Source of the DNA: Actinomycetota bacterium
GTDB taxonomy: Bacteria; Actinomycetota; UBA4738
Assembly: GCA_036721725.1 (NCBI GenBank)
Contig: DAIMKN010000001.1
Coordinates: forward strand, 1-53,662
DNA: 53,662 nucleotides
Direction of reading: 5' to 3'
Under the pieces are notes generated by a model. It had not been told where the DNA came from, did no database searches, and saw nothing but the letters and a program-made list of their open reading frames with translations. Below are positions 42,178 to 52,613 of this stretch, one piece after another. A program made the position numbers and the translations under genes. Position 1 is the stretch's first letter; every line of letters starts with the position of its first letter.

Positions 42178-45100
42178 ATGACCGACACGGAAACCGACCG
42201 CAGCTTTGTCCACCTTCACGTCCACAGCGAGTACTCGCTCCTCGACGGCGCGGCCCGCATCGAGGAGATGTTCGCCGCCGCCGCCGACATGGGGATGCCG
42301 GCCCTGGCCCTTACCGACCACGGGGTGATGTTCGGCGCGCTCGCCTTCTACGACGCGGCAGAGCGTCACGGGATCAAGCCGATCCTGGGGGTGGAGGCCT
42401 ACGTGGCGCCGGGGCGGCGGTTCGACCGGGTGCCGGGGGAGAGCGAGGAGAAGTACCGCCACCTCACGATCCTGGCGCGAAACGAGGCGGGCTACCGCAA
42501 CCTTCTCCGGCTGGTCACCGACGCCCACCTGGAGGGCTTCTACCACAAACCCCGCATCGACAAGGAGCTGCTGGCCGACCACGCCGAGGGCCTGATCGGG
42601 CTGTCCGGCTGTCTGGCCAGCGAGACGGCTCGAACGCTCCTGGCCGGACAGCGGGACAAGGCCGTCGGCGTCGTGAACACCTACCGCGACATCTTCGGGC
42701 CGGAGAACTTCTTCCTGGAGCTGCAGGACCACGGCCTGGCCGACCAGATCGCGCTGAACCCGCTCCTGGCGGACCTGTCGCGGACCACCGGGATCCCCCT
42801 GGTGGCGACGAACGACCTCCACTACACCAAGCGCGAGCACGCCCGGCCCCACGACGTGCTGCTGTGCATCCAGCAGCAGAAGCTCCAGACCGACACGCAG
42901 CGGCTCAAGTTCGACACCGATGAGTTCTACCTGAAGTCCGCTGAAGAGATGCGGCAGGTGTTCGCGGACTATCCGGAGGCGTGCGACAACACCCTGGCCA
43001 TCGCCGAACGGTGCGACCTGGAGCTCACGTTCGGCGAGCTGCACCTGCCGAAGTTCGACGCCCCGGACGGCCTGTCGCTCGGCGTCTACCTCCGCAAGCT
43101 GGTGTTCCAGGGCGCGGCCGAACGCTACGGGACCATCACGGGCGAGGTGCAGTCGCGGCTGGAGACCGAGCTCGGCGTCATCGGTTCGATGGGGTTCGAC
43201 GGCTACTTCCTCATCGTGTGGGACCTCATCCACCACGCCCGGGAGCGCGGCATCCGGGTCGGTCCGGGCCGCGGTTCGGCCGCCGGCAGCGTCGTCAGCT
43301 ACTGCCTGCGCATCACCGACCTTGATCCCCTGAAGTACGGCCTGATCTTCGAACGCTTCCTGAACCCGGACCGCAAGCAGATGCCCGACATCGACATGGA
43401 CTTCGACGAACGCCGCCGGGACGAGGTCATCCGCTACGCCACCGAGAAGTACGGCGCCGACCACGTGGCCCAGATCATCACGTTCCAGACCATCAAGGGG
43501 AAGCAGGGGATGCGCGACGCCGCGCGCGTCCTGGGGTTCCCCGCGTCCATGGGCGACCGCCTCTGCAAGATGTATCCGGCCGCGGTGCTGGGCCGGGAGT
43601 ACTCGATCGCCGACGCCCTGAAGCTGTCGACGGAGCTGGGCGAGGCCTACGACAAGGAGCCCGAGGCCAAGGAGGTCATCGACACCGCCCGGGCCCTGGA
43701 AGGCCTCCGTCGGGAGGACTCGGTGCACGCCGCCGGCGTGGTGATCGCCGACGCGCCGCTCGTTCGCTATCTCCCGCTCAAGCTGTCCAAGGACTCCCGG
43801 GACGACTCGCGCCGCGTGGTGACCCAGTTCGACATGCACGGGGTGGAGAAGCTCGGGCTGCTCAAGATGGACTTCCTGGGCCTGCGCACCCTGTCGGTCA
43901 TCGACGACTGCGTGCAGATGCTCCGGGACCGTGGCGTCGAACTCGACATCGACCACGTCCCGCTGGACGACGAACCGACCTACGAGATGCTGCGGGCCGG
44001 GGACACCACGGGAGTGTTCCAGCTGGAGGGCGGCGGGATGCGCCAGCTCATCAAGTCCCTCGCCCCCGACCGGTTCGAGGACCTCATGGCCCTGGTCGCC
44101 CTGTACCGCCCCGGGCCGCTCGGTCAGGGCATGCACATCGAATACGCTGAACGCAAACACGCCCGCCGCCCCGTGACCTACCCCCACGACGACCTTTCGG
44201 AGATCCTGGGGACGACCTACGGGATCATCGTGTACCAGGAGCAGGTCATGCAGATCGCCGTTCGCATGGCCGGCTACTCGATGGGCCAGGCGGACACCCT
44301 GCGCAAGGCCATGGGCAAGAAGATCCGGGCGATGCTGATCCCGCACCGCGAGACGTTCGTCAAGGGCTCGGTCGACCGCGGCTACGAGGAGAAGAAGGCC
44401 CAGGAGATCTTCGACCTGCTGGTGCCGTTCGCCGACTACGGGTTCAACGCCTCCCACGCCTGCGCCTACGCCTACGTGGCCTACCAGACGGCCTATCTCA
44501 AGGCTCATCACCCCGTCGAGTACATGGCGGCCTTGCTGACGTCCGTCCGCGACGACAAGGACAAGAAGCCGTACTACCTGAACGCCGCGCGGCTGATGCA
44601 CATCCGGGTCCTGCCGCCCGACGTGAACGAGTCGGAGCTGTACTTCACCCCGTCGAACGGCGACATCCGCTACGGGCTGGCGGCGGTCCGCAACGTCGGC
44701 TCGGCGGTGGTCCAGACCATCCTGGGCGCCCGCGCGGAGAAGGGCCGGTTCGAGACGTTCACCGACTTCTGCCGCAAGGTGGACTCCGGGGTGCTCAACA
44801 AGAAATGCATGGAGTCGCTCACGCTGGCGGGGGCGTTCGACTCGCTGCACTACTCGCGGCGCGCGCTGTTCGAAGGGTTCGAGAAGATCACCACGCCGGT
44901 CCTGGCCGAACGCCGGGCGGAGGCGGTGGGGCAGGAGTCGTTCTTCGGCGGCGCCGCCGCTCCCGCCCTCGCCATCGACGAGTCGGTGCTGGCCGGCGCT
45001 GAGTTCGCCAAGCCCGAACTGCTCAGCCACGAGAAGGAGATGCTGGGGTCGTTCGTCACCGACCATCCCCTGCTCGCGATCAAGGACCGGTTGGCGGCGA

Positions 45101-45726
45101 TCACCGACATCGAACTCTCCGAGCTGGGCAACCTGGGCGACGGCGACGTCGTGACCATCGGGGGCATCGTCGGGGCCGTGGCCCGCCGCTTCACCAAGCG
45201 GGGCGAGCCCTACGCCCTGTTCCGCCTGGAGGACCTCACCGGCGGTGTCCAGATCGTGGCGTTCCCCGGGATGTTCGACAAGCACGCCCCGCTCATCGTC
45301 ACCGACCGCATCCTCACGGTGAAGGGGCGGGCGGACCTCCGCGGTCGCGAGCTGCAGCTGGTGGCGCTGGAGATCGCCGAACCGAACCTGTCCGAGCCGG
45401 GCGGCGACGGCCACCCCGCGGCCACCCCCGTGCCGCCGGGCCCGCTGCTGGTGGACGTGCCGCTGTCGGCCTGCACGGGCGGCCTGATCGGCCGCCTGAA
45501 GGCGCTGCTGGGGACCCACCGGGGAACGGTCCCGGTCATCGTTCGGCTCATCGCCGACGCCGAACCGACCCGCCTGCGGCTGGGCGAGGACTTCTGCGTC
45601 GACGGCTCGCCCGCACTGCTGTACGAACTGCGGCGCCTCCTGGGACCGGGCGCGGTCCGGGTGGCGGTGGAGGAGCCCGAACCCGCCGCCGCGCCGACGC
45701 CGCGAGCCGCGACCGCCGTCAGGTAG
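42178..45726 (+). CDS. dnaE: DNA polymerase III alpha subunit (replicative DnaE1)
   Basis: ORF track 42151..45726. ATG 42178 gives MTDTETDRSFVHLHVHSEYSLLDGA, with 9 aa before FVHLH as in homologs. Motifs GFNASHACAYAYVAYQTAYLKAHHP and an OB-fold region. 1182 aa. Confidence 0.95.
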   Translation: MTDTETDRSFVHLHVHSEYSLLDGAARIEEMFAAAADMGMPALALTDHGVMFGALAFYDAAERHGIKPILGVEAYVAPGRRFDRVPGESEEKYRHLTILARNEAGYRNLLRLVTDAHLEGFYHKPRIDKELLADHAEGLIGLSGCLASETARTLLAGQRDKAVGVVNTYRDIFGPENFFLELQDHGLADQIALNPLLADLSRTTGIPLVATNDLHYTKREHARPHDVLLCIQQQKLQTDTQRLKFDTDEFYLKSAEEMRQVFADYPEACDNTLAIAERCDLELTFGELHLPKFDAPDGLSLGVYLRKLVFQGAAERYGTITGEVQSRLETELGVIGSMGFDGYFLIVWDLIHHARERGIRVGPGRGSAAGSVVSYCLRITDLDPLKYGLIFERFLNPDRKQMPDIDMDFDERRRDEVIRYATEKYGADHVAQIITFQTIKGKQGMRDAARVLGFPASMGDRLCKMYPAAVLGREYSIADALKLSTELGEAYDKEPEAKEVIDTARALEGLRREDSVHAAGVVIADAPLVRYLPLKLSKDSRDDSRRVVTQFDMHGVEKLGLLKMDFLGLRTLSVIDDCVQMLRDRGVELDIDHVPLDDEPTYEMLRAGDTTGVFQLEGGGMRQLIKSLAPDRFEDLMALVALYRPGPLGQGMHIEYAERKHARRPVTYPHDDLSEILGTTYGIIVYQEQVMQIAVRMAGYSMGQADTLRKAMGKKIRAMLIPHRETFVKGSVDRGYEEKKAQEIFDLLVPFADYGFNASHACAYAYVAYQTAYLKAHHPVEYMAALLTSVRDDKDKKPYYLNAARLMHIRVLPPDVNESELYFTPSNGDIRYGLAAVRNVGSAVVQTILGARAEKGRFETFTDFCRKVDSGVLNKKCMESLTLAGAFDSLHYSRRALFEGFEKITTPVLAERRAEAVGQESFFGGAAAPALAIDESVLAGAEFAKPELLSHEKEMLGSFVTDHPLLAIKDRLAAITDIELSELGNLGDGDVVTIGGIVGAVARRFTKRGEPYALFRLEDLTGGVQIVAFPGMFDKHAPLIVTDRILTVKGRADLRGRELQLVALEIAEPNLSEPGGDGHPAATPVPPGPLLVDVPLSACTGGLIGRLKALLGTHRGTVPVIVRLIADAEPTRLRLGEDFCVDGSPALLYELRRLLGPGAVRVAVEEPEPAAAPTPRAATAVR

Positions 45727-45739
45727 GCCCTCCGGCGGC

Positions 45740-46474
45740 GTGGACGGTTTCGACGTCATCCCCGCCATCGACCTGAAGGGCGGTTCTCTGGCTGCGCTCA
45801 CGGCCGGAGATCCCTCCACGTTGCGAGCGCTCCGCGGCGACCCGCTGGTGGCGGCGCGGGCGTTCGTCGAGGCGGGTGCGCGGTGGATCCACGTGGTCGA
45901 CCTCGACGCCGCCACCTCCGGTCAGCCGGCGAACCTCGGTCTGGTGGCAAGCATCGCGGCGATGGACGTCCGGGTCCAGGCGGGCGGGGGCCTGGACGCA
46001 GAAGGGGTCCGGCGGGCCCTGGACGCCGGCGCTGACCGGGCCGTCCTGGGCGCCGGGATGGTGGCGCGGCCCGGCGAGGCCGCCGACGTGATCACGGCGA
46101 ACCCCGGCCGGGTGGGCCTGGCCGTGGACGTTCGAGACGGCATGATCGCGCCCCGAGCCCAGGAGCCGACCGGACTGTCGCTGGAACAGGCGATCGCCAT
46201 CATCTCCGGCTGCCACCCGGCCTTCCTCACCTTTACCGAGTCCGGCCGTGACGGCTCGCTCGCGGGCCCGAACGCGCCAGGAGCCGTGGCCCTACGCGAA
46301 CGGACCGGATTGCTCGTCATCGCCTCCGGGGGGGTCCGTTCAGTGGCGGACGTCATCGCGCTGGCCCGCCACGCTCCGAAGCTGGCGGGCGTCATCGTGG
46401 GCCGGGCGCTCCACGAGGGCAGGGTCGACCTGCGCGAAGCCCTGGCGGCCGTTGCGGCGCTCCAACCGTCCTGA
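45740..46474 (+). CDS. hisA: HisA/PriA-family (beta/alpha)8 phosphoribosyl isomerase
   Basis: ORF track, 244 aa. Motifs VIPAIDLKGG, IHVVDLDAA, VQAGGGL, LAVDVRDG, SGRDGSLAGPN, IASGGV and GVIVGRALHEG. Confidence 0.8.
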   Translation: MDGFDVIPAIDLKGGSLAALTAGDPSTLRALRGDPLVAARAFVEAGARWIHVVDLDAATSGQPANLGLVASIAAMDVRVQAGGGLDAEGVRRALDAGADRAVLGAGMVARPGEAADVITANPGRVGLAVDVRDGMIAPRAQEPTGLSLEQAIAIISGCHPAFLTFTESGRDGSLAGPNAPGAVALRERTGLLVIASGGVRSVADVIALARHAPKLAGVIVGRALHEGRVDLREALAAVAALQPS

Positions 46475-46558
46475 GGCGGACTTTACGTTCGGCGTACATG
46501 GATCGAACACCTCCCGCACGTTGCCGACCGAACCTCTGGGCCAAGGAGGTGGTCAGGG

Positions 46559-47059
46559 GTGAAGGGATGGAAGACGAAAGCCGTGGTGGCGCTGACCGCG
46601 GCGGGGCTGGTGGGCGGCGGCGTGGCGTGGGCCGCGGGTGGGACGACCGCGGCGCCGCCCGCGCAGAAACCGGTGAGCCCTCCTCGGGCGGCGGGGCGGA
46701 TAGCTCCGCCGGTGGTGGGGCGGCGGCATCCGGTCCTCGAGCATCTGGCCCACGGCGACCTCACGGTCGTCATCGCCGGGCAGACGCTCCAGTTGCGCGT
46801 GGACCACGGCAGGATCACGGGCATGTCGGAAGGCGTGCTCTCCCTCAGCGAGGCGGACGGGTCGAACGCGAATGTGCCGGTCGACGGGGCCACGCGCGTG
46901 TTCGTCGACGGCAGGCAGGCCACGCTGGCCGATCTGAAGACCGGGTACGTGGCGTTCGCCGTGGCCGAGGCGGGGAAGCCGGCCCACGCCATCCGGGCGT
47001 TCGACGCCCCGTCCTGGGCCGCCCAGGCGGCGGAGCAGGCTGCGTTCCCGTTCGACTGA
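46559..47059 (+). CDS. Secreted hypothetical protein (signal peptide)
   Basis: ORF track, 166 aa. AAGGAGG lies 9 nt upstream of GTG 46559. Signal peptide KTKAVVALTAAGLVGGGVAWAAG. I recognised no family. It ends 20 nt upstream of the response regulator. Confidence 0.6.
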   Translation: MKGWKTKAVVALTAAGLVGGGVAWAAGGTTAAPPAQKPVSPPRAAGRIAPPVVGRRHPVLEHLAHGDLTVVIAGQTLQLRVDHGRITGMSEGVLSLSEADGSNANVPVDGATRVFVDGRQATLADLKTGYVAFAVAEAGKPAHAIRAFDAPSWAAQAAEQAAFPFD

Positions 47060-47078
47060 GCCGTGCGAGCATGACCCC

Positions 47079-47744
47079 GTGAGCGGCACCGTGCTGCTGG
47101 TGGAGGACGAACTGAGCATCGGTTCGCTCGTGCGGACCTACCTCCAGCGCGACGGCTACGCGGTGGTGTGGGTCCGCTCGGGCGAGGAGGGCCTGGCCGA
47201 ACTCGGGCGGCACCCCATCCGCCTGGTGGTGCTGGACGTCGGCCTGCCCGGCATCGACGGGTTCGAGGTGTGCCGGCGGATCCGTTCGACGTCCCAGGTC
47301 CCCATCGTCATGCTGACCGCGCGCGACGAGGAGGCCGACCGGGTGGCGGGCCTCGAGGTCGGCGCGGACGACTACGTGTCCAAGCCCTTCTCGCCCCGCG
47401 AGCTCATGGCCAGGGTCAAGGCCATCCTGCGGAGGGCCGAACCGAAGCCCTCGGAGGACGTTCTGACGCTGCGGGACGTCGAACTGCGCCGCGACGCTCG
47501 TGAGGTTCGGGTGGCGGGTGCGGAGGTCGAACTCACCACGAAAGAGTTCGACCTCCTGGCCTTCTTGGTGGAGAACGCCGGCGCGGTGGTGTCGCGCGAA
47601 CGCCTTCTGGACCGGGTGTGGGGCCTGGAGTATCCGGGCGAGACGCGAACGGTCGACGTCCACATGGCCCAGCTCCGCCGCAAGCTGGGCCGGCCGGACC
47701 TGATCCGAACGGTCCGGGGGTCCGGCTACAAGGCGGTGAAGTGA
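47079..47744 (+). CDS. OmpR/PhoB-family response regulator
   Basis: ORF track, 221 aa. Receiver motifs LLVEDE, VVLDVGLPGIDG and ADDYVSKPFSPREL. Winged-helix motifs LTTKEFDLLAFL and TVRGSGYK. Confidence 0.9.
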   Translation: MSGTVLLVEDELSIGSLVRTYLQRDGYAVVWVRSGEEGLAELGRHPIRLVVLDVGLPGIDGFEVCRRIRSTSQVPIVMLTARDEEADRVAGLEVGADDYVSKPFSPRELMARVKAILRRAEPKPSEDVLTLRDVELRRDAREVRVAGAEVELTTKEFDLLAFLVENAGAVVSRERLLDRVWGLEYPGETRTVDVHMAQLRRKLGRPDLIRTVRGSGYKAVK

Positions 47745-49075
47745 AGGGAACGCTGCGTGGCCGGCTGTTCGCCGCCATCGTGGTGGCGGTGCTGGCCTCG
47801 GCCGCCCTGACCCTGGTCGTCGGGTCGCTGCTGGTGAAGCGGTCGATCCAGGCCGCGGTGGAGACGAACCTGGGCCGGCAGGCGGACCTGCTGGCGGTGC
47901 GGGCCGCGTCGGGGACGTTCGCTCCCGGAGAGCTTGCGGGGGCCCGGCTGCTCCTGGCGCGCCAGGGCGAACGCGTCGTGCTCCTGCCGCTCGCGAGCGT
48001 GGCGTCGTTCCCCGGCCTCCAGCAGATCGTGGCGAACGGCCTCCCCGCCCAGGGCCGCGCGTCGGTTCGGGGCCAGGAGGTTCTCTACGCCGTCCGGCAG
48101 GTGGGCCAGAACGTGCTGGTGGTGGCGAGGCCGGCCGCGCTGCAGGCCGCGGACTGGCATCCATTCGTGGGGAGCTTCCTGCTGGCGGCGCTCGGCGGCG
48201 TGGCCCTGGCCGGCGTGCTGGCGTTCGTCCTGGCCCGAACGGTGACCGGTCCGGTGGCGAAGGTGGCCGAGGCCAGCCGTTCGCTGGCCCGGGGCGAGGC
48301 CCCGTCACTGCTCGAGGTAAGGGGTTCGGGAGAGCTGGCAGTCCTGGCGTCGTCGTTCAACGACATGGCGGCGCAGCTGGCGGCCGGCCGGGAATCCGAA
48401 CAGACCTTCCTGCTGTCCGTGAGCCACGAGCTGAAGACGCCGCTCACCGCGATCCGGGGCTACGCGGAAGGCCTGGAGGAGGGCGCGGTGGCTCCGGCCG
48501 AGGGAGGGAGAGTCATCGCCGAGGAGTCGGCGCGGCTCGAACGCCTGGTGCAGGACCTCCTCGATCTGGCCCGGATCAGCCGGCGTTCGTTCGCCGTCCG
48601 CCCCGAACGCGTGGATCTGGCCCGGATCGCCTCGGAGGCCGTTCGGCGCTACGAGCCTCGGGCCAAAGGGTTCGGCGTCCGGCTGACCGAGGCGTCCACG
48701 GGACCGGTGCCCGCCACGGCGGATCCGGACCGCGTCCTGCAGGTGGTGTCGAACCTCGTGGAGAACGCCCTGCGGTGCACGCCGGCCGGCGGGGCGGTCA
48801 CGGTGTCGTCGCGGGTCGCCGGCTTCTCGGGTGGCGAGATCCAGGTGTCCGACACCGGACCCGGGCTGGGGCCGGACGAACGGGCCCGCGCGTTCGAACG
48901 GTTCTACCTGTACCGCCGGTACTGGGCCGAACGCCCCGTCGGCACGGGGCTAGGGCTTGCCATCGTGAAGGATCTGACCGAGGCGATGGACGGTGAGGTG
49001 AGCGTGGCCTCCGCTCCGGGTGAGGGCACGTCGTTCACCGTTCGGCTGCCTGGTCCGCGACCGGACGCCCGCTAG
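47741..49075 (+). CDS. Sensor histidine kinase (two TM helices, HAMP, HisKA, HATPase_c)
   Basis: In frame within ORF 47618..49075. GTG 47741 overlaps the regulator stop. H-box SVSHELKTPLTAIRGY, N-box SNLVENALRCT, G-boxes DTGPGL and GTGLGLAIV. Confidence 0.9.
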   Translation: MKGTLRGRLFAAIVVAVLASAALTLVVGSLLVKRSIQAAVETNLGRQADLLAVRAASGTFAPGELAGARLLLARQGERVVLLPLASVASFPGLQQIVANGLPAQGRASVRGQEVLYAVRQVGQNVLVVARPAALQAADWHPFVGSFLLAALGGVALAGVLAFVLARTVTGPVAKVAEASRSLARGEAPSLLEVRGSGELAVLASSFNDMAAQLAAGRESEQTFLLSVSHELKTPLTAIRGYAEGLEEGAVAPAEGGRVIAEESARLERLVQDLLDLARISRRSFAVRPERVDLARIASEAVRRYEPRAKGFGVRLTEASTGPVPATADPDRVLQVVSNLVENALRCTPAGGAVTVSSRVAGFSGGEIQVSDTGPGLGPDERARAFERFYLYRRYWAERPVGTGLGLAIVKDLTEAMDGEVSVASAPGEGTSFTVRLPGPRPDAR

Positions 49076-49119
49076 ACTGACCCCGTCCCGTTCCACGTCC
49101 TTCTCCCAGGCCGGATCGA

Positions 49120-49923
49120 TTGGGCTTCCTGAGCGACCTCACCGAACGCATCCGCAAGGACCTCGCGGCCGACCCTCCCGACGCGGGGTCGTTCCTGCTG
49201 CGCATCCGGACGCTCCCTCCGGCCCGGGACTTCGACGGCGCGCTGCGCGGGCCCGGCATGTCGCTCATCGCCGAGGTCAAGCAGGCCTCGCCGTCGGCCG
49301 GGGACATCGCGGAGGTGGACGTCGGTGCGCAGGCCGAGCGCTACGAACGGGGCGGCGCGGCGGCCATCTCGGTGCTGACCGAGGCCCGTCATTTCAAGGG
49401 TTCGCTGACGGATCTGCGGCTGGTCCGGCGCCACACCTCGCTGCCCCTGCTGCGCAAGGACTTCCTGGTCCACCCGGCCCAGATCCTGGAGTCCAGGGCG
49501 AACGGCGCGGACGCCGTCCTGCTCATCGCGGCGGCCCTCACCGCGACTGAGCTGGAGGAGCTGCTGTCGGTGTGTTCGGAGGTCGGGCTGGCCGCCTTGG
49601 TGGAGGCGCACACCCAGGCCGACCTGGACAAAGTTCTGGCTTCGGCGGCCACCATCGTGGGGGTCAATGCGAGGGACCTGGAGACCTTGGAGATGGACCC
49701 GGCCCGAGCCCTGGCGCTCGCCGGGCAGATCCCCGCGGGGCGAACGGTGGTGCTGGAGAGCGGCATCAGCTCGCGCCGGCAGGTCGACGCCGCGGCGGAG
49801 GCCGGGGTCAACGCGGTGCTGGTGGGGGAGGCGCTGATGCGTTCGGCCGACCCCGCGGTGACCATCCGCAGGCTGATCGGCTCCCTCCGGCCGGTCGACG
49901 CCGTCACCGGCCGGGAGGACTGA
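49120..49923 (+). CDS. trpC: Indole-3-glycerol phosphate synthase
   Basis: ORF track, 267 aa, TTG start. Motifs [25 protein letters not shown] and LVGEALM. Confidence 0.9.
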   Translation: MGFLSDLTERIRKDLAADPPDAGSFLLRIRTLPPARDFDGALRGPGMSLIAEVKQASPSAGDIAEVDVGAQAERYERGGAAAISVLTEARHFKGSLTDLRLVRRHTSLPLLRKDFLVHPAQILESRANGADAVLLIAAALTATELEELLSVCSEVGLAALVEAHTQADLDKVLASAATIVGVNARDLETLEMDPARALALAGQIPAGRTVVLESGISSRRQVDAAAEAGVNAVLVGEALMRSADPAVTIRRLIGSLRPVDAVTGRED

Positions 49924-49927
49924 GCAG

Positions 49928-51133
49928 GTGGTCGCCACCCTCCCCGACGCCCGGGGCTGGTTCGGTTCGTTCGGCGGCCGCTTTGTCCCCGAGGTCCTGA
50001 TCCCGGCGCTGGACGAGCTGGACGAGGCGTGGCGGCGCCTGAAGGAGGACGAGGGCTTCACCTCGGAGCTGCGCGAGCTCCTTCGGACGTTCGTGGGGCG
50101 CCCGACGCCGCTGTATCGCGCGGCGAACCTGTCGAACGACCTCGGCTACGAGCTGTGGCTGAAGCGGGAGGATCTGGCGCATACGGGTGCGCATAAGATC
50201 AACAATGCGGTGGGGCAGGTGCTCCTGGCCAAGCGGCTGGGGAAGCGCCGCATCATCGCCGAGACGGGCGCCGGCCAGCACGGCGTGGCCACCGCCACGG
50301 CCTGCGCCCTCCTCGGCCTCCCTTGCGTGGTCTACATGGGCCAGGAGGACACCGTTCGGCAGGCCCCCAACGTCGAACGGATGAAGCTGCTCGGGGCGGA
50401 GGTCGTGTCGGTGACCTCGGGATCTCGAACGCTCAAGGACGCCATCAACGAGGCCCTGCGGGACTGGGCGGCGAGCGTCGGGGAGACCCATTACGTCGTT
50501 GGATCGGTGGTCGGCCCGCACCCGTTCCCGGCGATGGTCCGCGACTTCCAGCGGGTCATCGGCGACGAGGCCCGGGCCCAGTACCGCGAGGCAACCGGCG
50601 GGGAGCCCGACGTCGTGATGGCGTGCGTGGGGGGCGGTTCGAACGCCATCGGGATGTTCACCGCGTTCGTCGGCGGCTCCTCCCGGCTCATCGGGATCGA
50701 GGCGGGCGGCCGCGGCGAGGGGATCGGCGACAACTGCGCAACGCTCACCACGGGCCGGCCGGGCGTGCTGCACGGGGCGCGTTCGTATCTCCTGCAGGAC
50801 CCGAACGGCCAGGTGAACGAGACGCACTCCATCTCAGCGGGGCTCGACTACCCGGGTGTGGGGCCCGAACATTCGTGGCTCCGGGACGAGGGCCTGGCCA
50901 CCTACGCCTCGGCCACCGACACCGACGCCATCCGCGGGTTCCTGGCCCTGTGCCGGAGCGAGGGCATCGTGCCGGCCCTGGAGCCATCCCACGTCATCGG
51001 CTGGCTGCTGCACCGTCCGCTGCCGGCCGGCACGTCCGTTCTGGTAAACCTGTCGGGGCGGGGCGACAAGGACCTGGACACCGTTCGAGCGTGGCTGGAC
51101 GCGAACGGCCTCCCCGAGCGCGACGGACCGTGA
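49928..51133 (+). CDS. trpB: Tryptophan synthase beta chain
   Basis: ORF track, 401 aa. Motifs [16 protein letters not shown] (PLP lysine), ETGAGQHG and GGGSNAIG. Confidence 0.95.
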   Translation: MVATLPDARGWFGSFGGRFVPEVLIPALDELDEAWRRLKEDEGFTSELRELLRTFVGRPTPLYRAANLSNDLGYELWLKREDLAHTGAHKINNAVGQVLLAKRLGKRRIIAETGAGQHGVATATACALLGLPCVVYMGQEDTVRQAPNVERMKLLGAEVVSVTSGSRTLKDAINEALRDWAASVGETHYVVGSVVGPHPFPAMVRDFQRVIGDEARAQYREATGGEPDVVMACVGGGSNAIGMFTAFVGGSSRLIGIEAGGRGEGIGDNCATLTTGRPGVLHGARSYLLQDPNGQVNETHSISAGLDYPGVGPEHSWLRDEGLATYASATDTDAIRGFLALCRSEGIVPALEPSHVIGWLLHRPLPAGTSVLVNLSGRGDKDLDTVRAWLDANGLPERDGP

Positions 51134-51912
51134 CCGAGGCGCTGACCGAACGCCTGACCGGCATCCGCGACGGCGGCCGGAAGCTGTTCGTTCCCTACGT
51201 GACGGGCGGGCTGGACGGCGTGGACGCCCAGCTGCTGCGGGGGTTGCAGGAGGCGGGGGCCGACGCGGTGGAGGTGGGCCTCCCGTTCTCCGATCCGGTC
51301 ATGGATGGCCCGGTCATCCAGGAAGCGTCCCGCCGGGCGCTGGAGGGTGGGACTGACCCCGACCGGGTCCTCTCCCTGGTGTCCGGCGCCGCGCTCGACG
51401 TCCCCATCATAATTATGACATATGTCAATCCGGTGCTGGCCTACGGTGTCGAACGCTTCGCCGCCGACGTCGCCACGGCCGGCGCATGGGGCGTCATCGT
51501 CCCGGATCTGCCGGTGGACGAGGCCGGGACATGGCGGGAGGCGGCGGGGACCGCCGGACTGGCCACCGTGTTCCTGGCCGCCCCCAACTCCTCGCCCGTT
51601 CGTCTTGCGCTCGTGGCCGGGCGCTCTCAAGGGTTCGTGTACTGCGTGTCCACGTTCGGTGTGACCGGGGCTCGAGAGGCGTTGTCGGGATCCGCCGAGC
51701 CGGTGGTCGCGGCGCTCCGCCCCCTCACCCGTTCGCCGCTGCTGGTCGGCGTGGGGATATCCCGGCCCGAACAGGCCGCCGACGCGTGCCGGTTCGCCGA
51801 CGGCGTGGTGGTGGGCACGGCCCTGGTCCAGCCGATGCTGGAGGGGGACCGGGAGGAGTGCCTGCGTCTGGCGGAGTCATTCCGGGCCGCGACCGTTTCC
51901 CCATCCGGCTGA
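51130..51912 (+). CDS. trpA: Tryptophan synthase alpha chain
   Basis: In frame within ORF 50323..51912. GTG 51130 overlaps the trpB stop. Motifs [27 protein letters not shown] and GFVYCVS..GVTG. Confidence 0.9.
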   Translation: MTEALTERLTGIRDGGRKLFVPYVTGGLDGVDAQLLRGLQEAGADAVEVGLPFSDPVMDGPVIQEASRRALEGGTDPDRVLSLVSGAALDVPIIIMTYVNPVLAYGVERFAADVATAGAWGVIVPDLPVDEAGTWREAAGTAGLATVFLAAPNSSPVRLALVAGRSQGFVYCVSTFGVTGAREALSGSAEPVVAALRPLTRSPLLVGVGISRPEQAADACRFADGVVVGTALVQPMLEGDREECLRLAESFRAATVSPSG

Positions 51913-52097
51913 GGACCTGTCGCCCAGGCGCCCGTCCACGACCTTCCCGGGACGCGGGAGGCACGCAGCATGGTCCGGGCCATCATCCAGCTCGCCACTT
52001 CGGCCATCCCGTCCCTGCGGAGGCCATCGCGGACGCCTACGTGCGCGGCGCGGTTACCGTGCTGGACGAGCGTCGTCCTAGCCGCCTCTAGTTCGAA

Positions 52098-52358
52098 CTA
52101 CTGCCCGGCGCCCTCGCCCGCGGTGGCGGCGTGACCGGCGTCGATGAGGAACGCGATCTTCACCTGCACCTTGTACAGGGACAGGTTCCCGGAGCCGTCC
52201 ACGTCGGCGTTGCTCGACACGACCTCGACGCCGCGGATGTTGCGGATGGTCTTGGAGGCCGTGGCCACGGCCTGACGGACCGCGTCGCTGAAGGACTTGT
52301 TCGAGCTGCCGACCAGCTCGATCACCTTGACCACGCCGCCCGGAGTGTCGTCGGACAT
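52098..52358 (-). CDS. Dodecin family flavin-binding protein
   Basis: ORF track, 86 aa. VVKVIELVGSSNKSFSDAVRQAVATASKTIRNIRGVEVV...YKVQVKIAF is the dodecin pattern. Confidence 0.8.
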   Translation of the reverse strand: MSDDTPGGVVKVIELVGSSNKSFSDAVRQAVATASKTIRNIRGVEVVSSNADVDGSGNLSLYKVQVKIAFLIDAGHAATAGEGAGQ

Positions 52359-52439
52359 GACCCACCTCCTCGATTCGTACGATGAGCGGCCAACCTATCA
52401 CGGGAGCGGCGGACCCGAGTTCGGGCTCCCGTCGCGCGG

Positions 52440-52523
52440 TGCCGGGAGAGGGACTTGAACCCTCACGGGCTTTCACCCACCCGCTTTTGAGGCGGGCGCG
52501 TCTGCCGATTCCGCCATCCCGGC
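52440..52523 (-). tRNA. tRNA-Leu (anticodon CAA)
   Basis: The reverse complement reads GCCGGGATGGCGGAATCGGCAGACGCGCCCGCCTCAAAAGCGGGTGGGTGAAAGCCCGTGAGGGTTCAAGTCCCTCTCCCGGCA. The 7-bp acceptor stem GCCGGGA pairs with TCCCGGC. The anticodon arm is CCCGC-CTCAAAA-GCGGG, there is a long variable arm, and the T-arm is GAGGG-TTCAAGT-CCCTC. No CCA is encoded. Confidence 0.9.
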
Positions 52524-52613
52524 CAGGCCACGTCGAACGGCCCAGGTCACGAGTCTAATGGAGCCGCTTGCGGGGCCATGGCGGCGCTCCTAGACTGCGC
52601 TCGGAGGCGCCCC

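Noticed and set aside
40843-45915. A giant 1690-aa ORF antisense to dnaE1. Similar long antisense or alternate-frame ORFs occur at 33772..37062, 3751..6006, 16373..18079, 19249..20931, 22094..23716, 23786..25846 and 46845..48308.
   Set aside because: This is the typical high-GC artefact, because stop codons are rare in the off-frames. The translations are Arg/Pro/Gly/Ala-rich with no recognisable motifs. Each is fully covered by a gene with strong family signatures on the other frame or strand.
51970-52091. A possible remnant of an EAL-domain (c-di-GMP phosphodiesterase) gene after trpA. One frame reads MVRAIIQLATS; after a frameshift another reads GHPVPAEAIADAYVRGAVTVLDERRP. This loosely recalls the IVRAIIxLAHxLGxxVVAEGVE...QG..RP C-terminus.
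   Set aside because: The resemblance rests on a single short motif plus a postulated frameshift. The piece is under 60 codons and overlaps nothing else diagnostic. The evidence is too weak to call a pseudogene without a profile or tblastx search.
52098-52613. tRNA-Leu(CAA) considered as an integration hotspot, meaning a search for an integrase, attachment-site repeats or an island next to it.
   Set aside because: The flanking genes are dodecin and a small coiled-coil protein, both with native-looking composition. I saw no integrase, no recombinase and no duplicated tRNA 3' end in the window.
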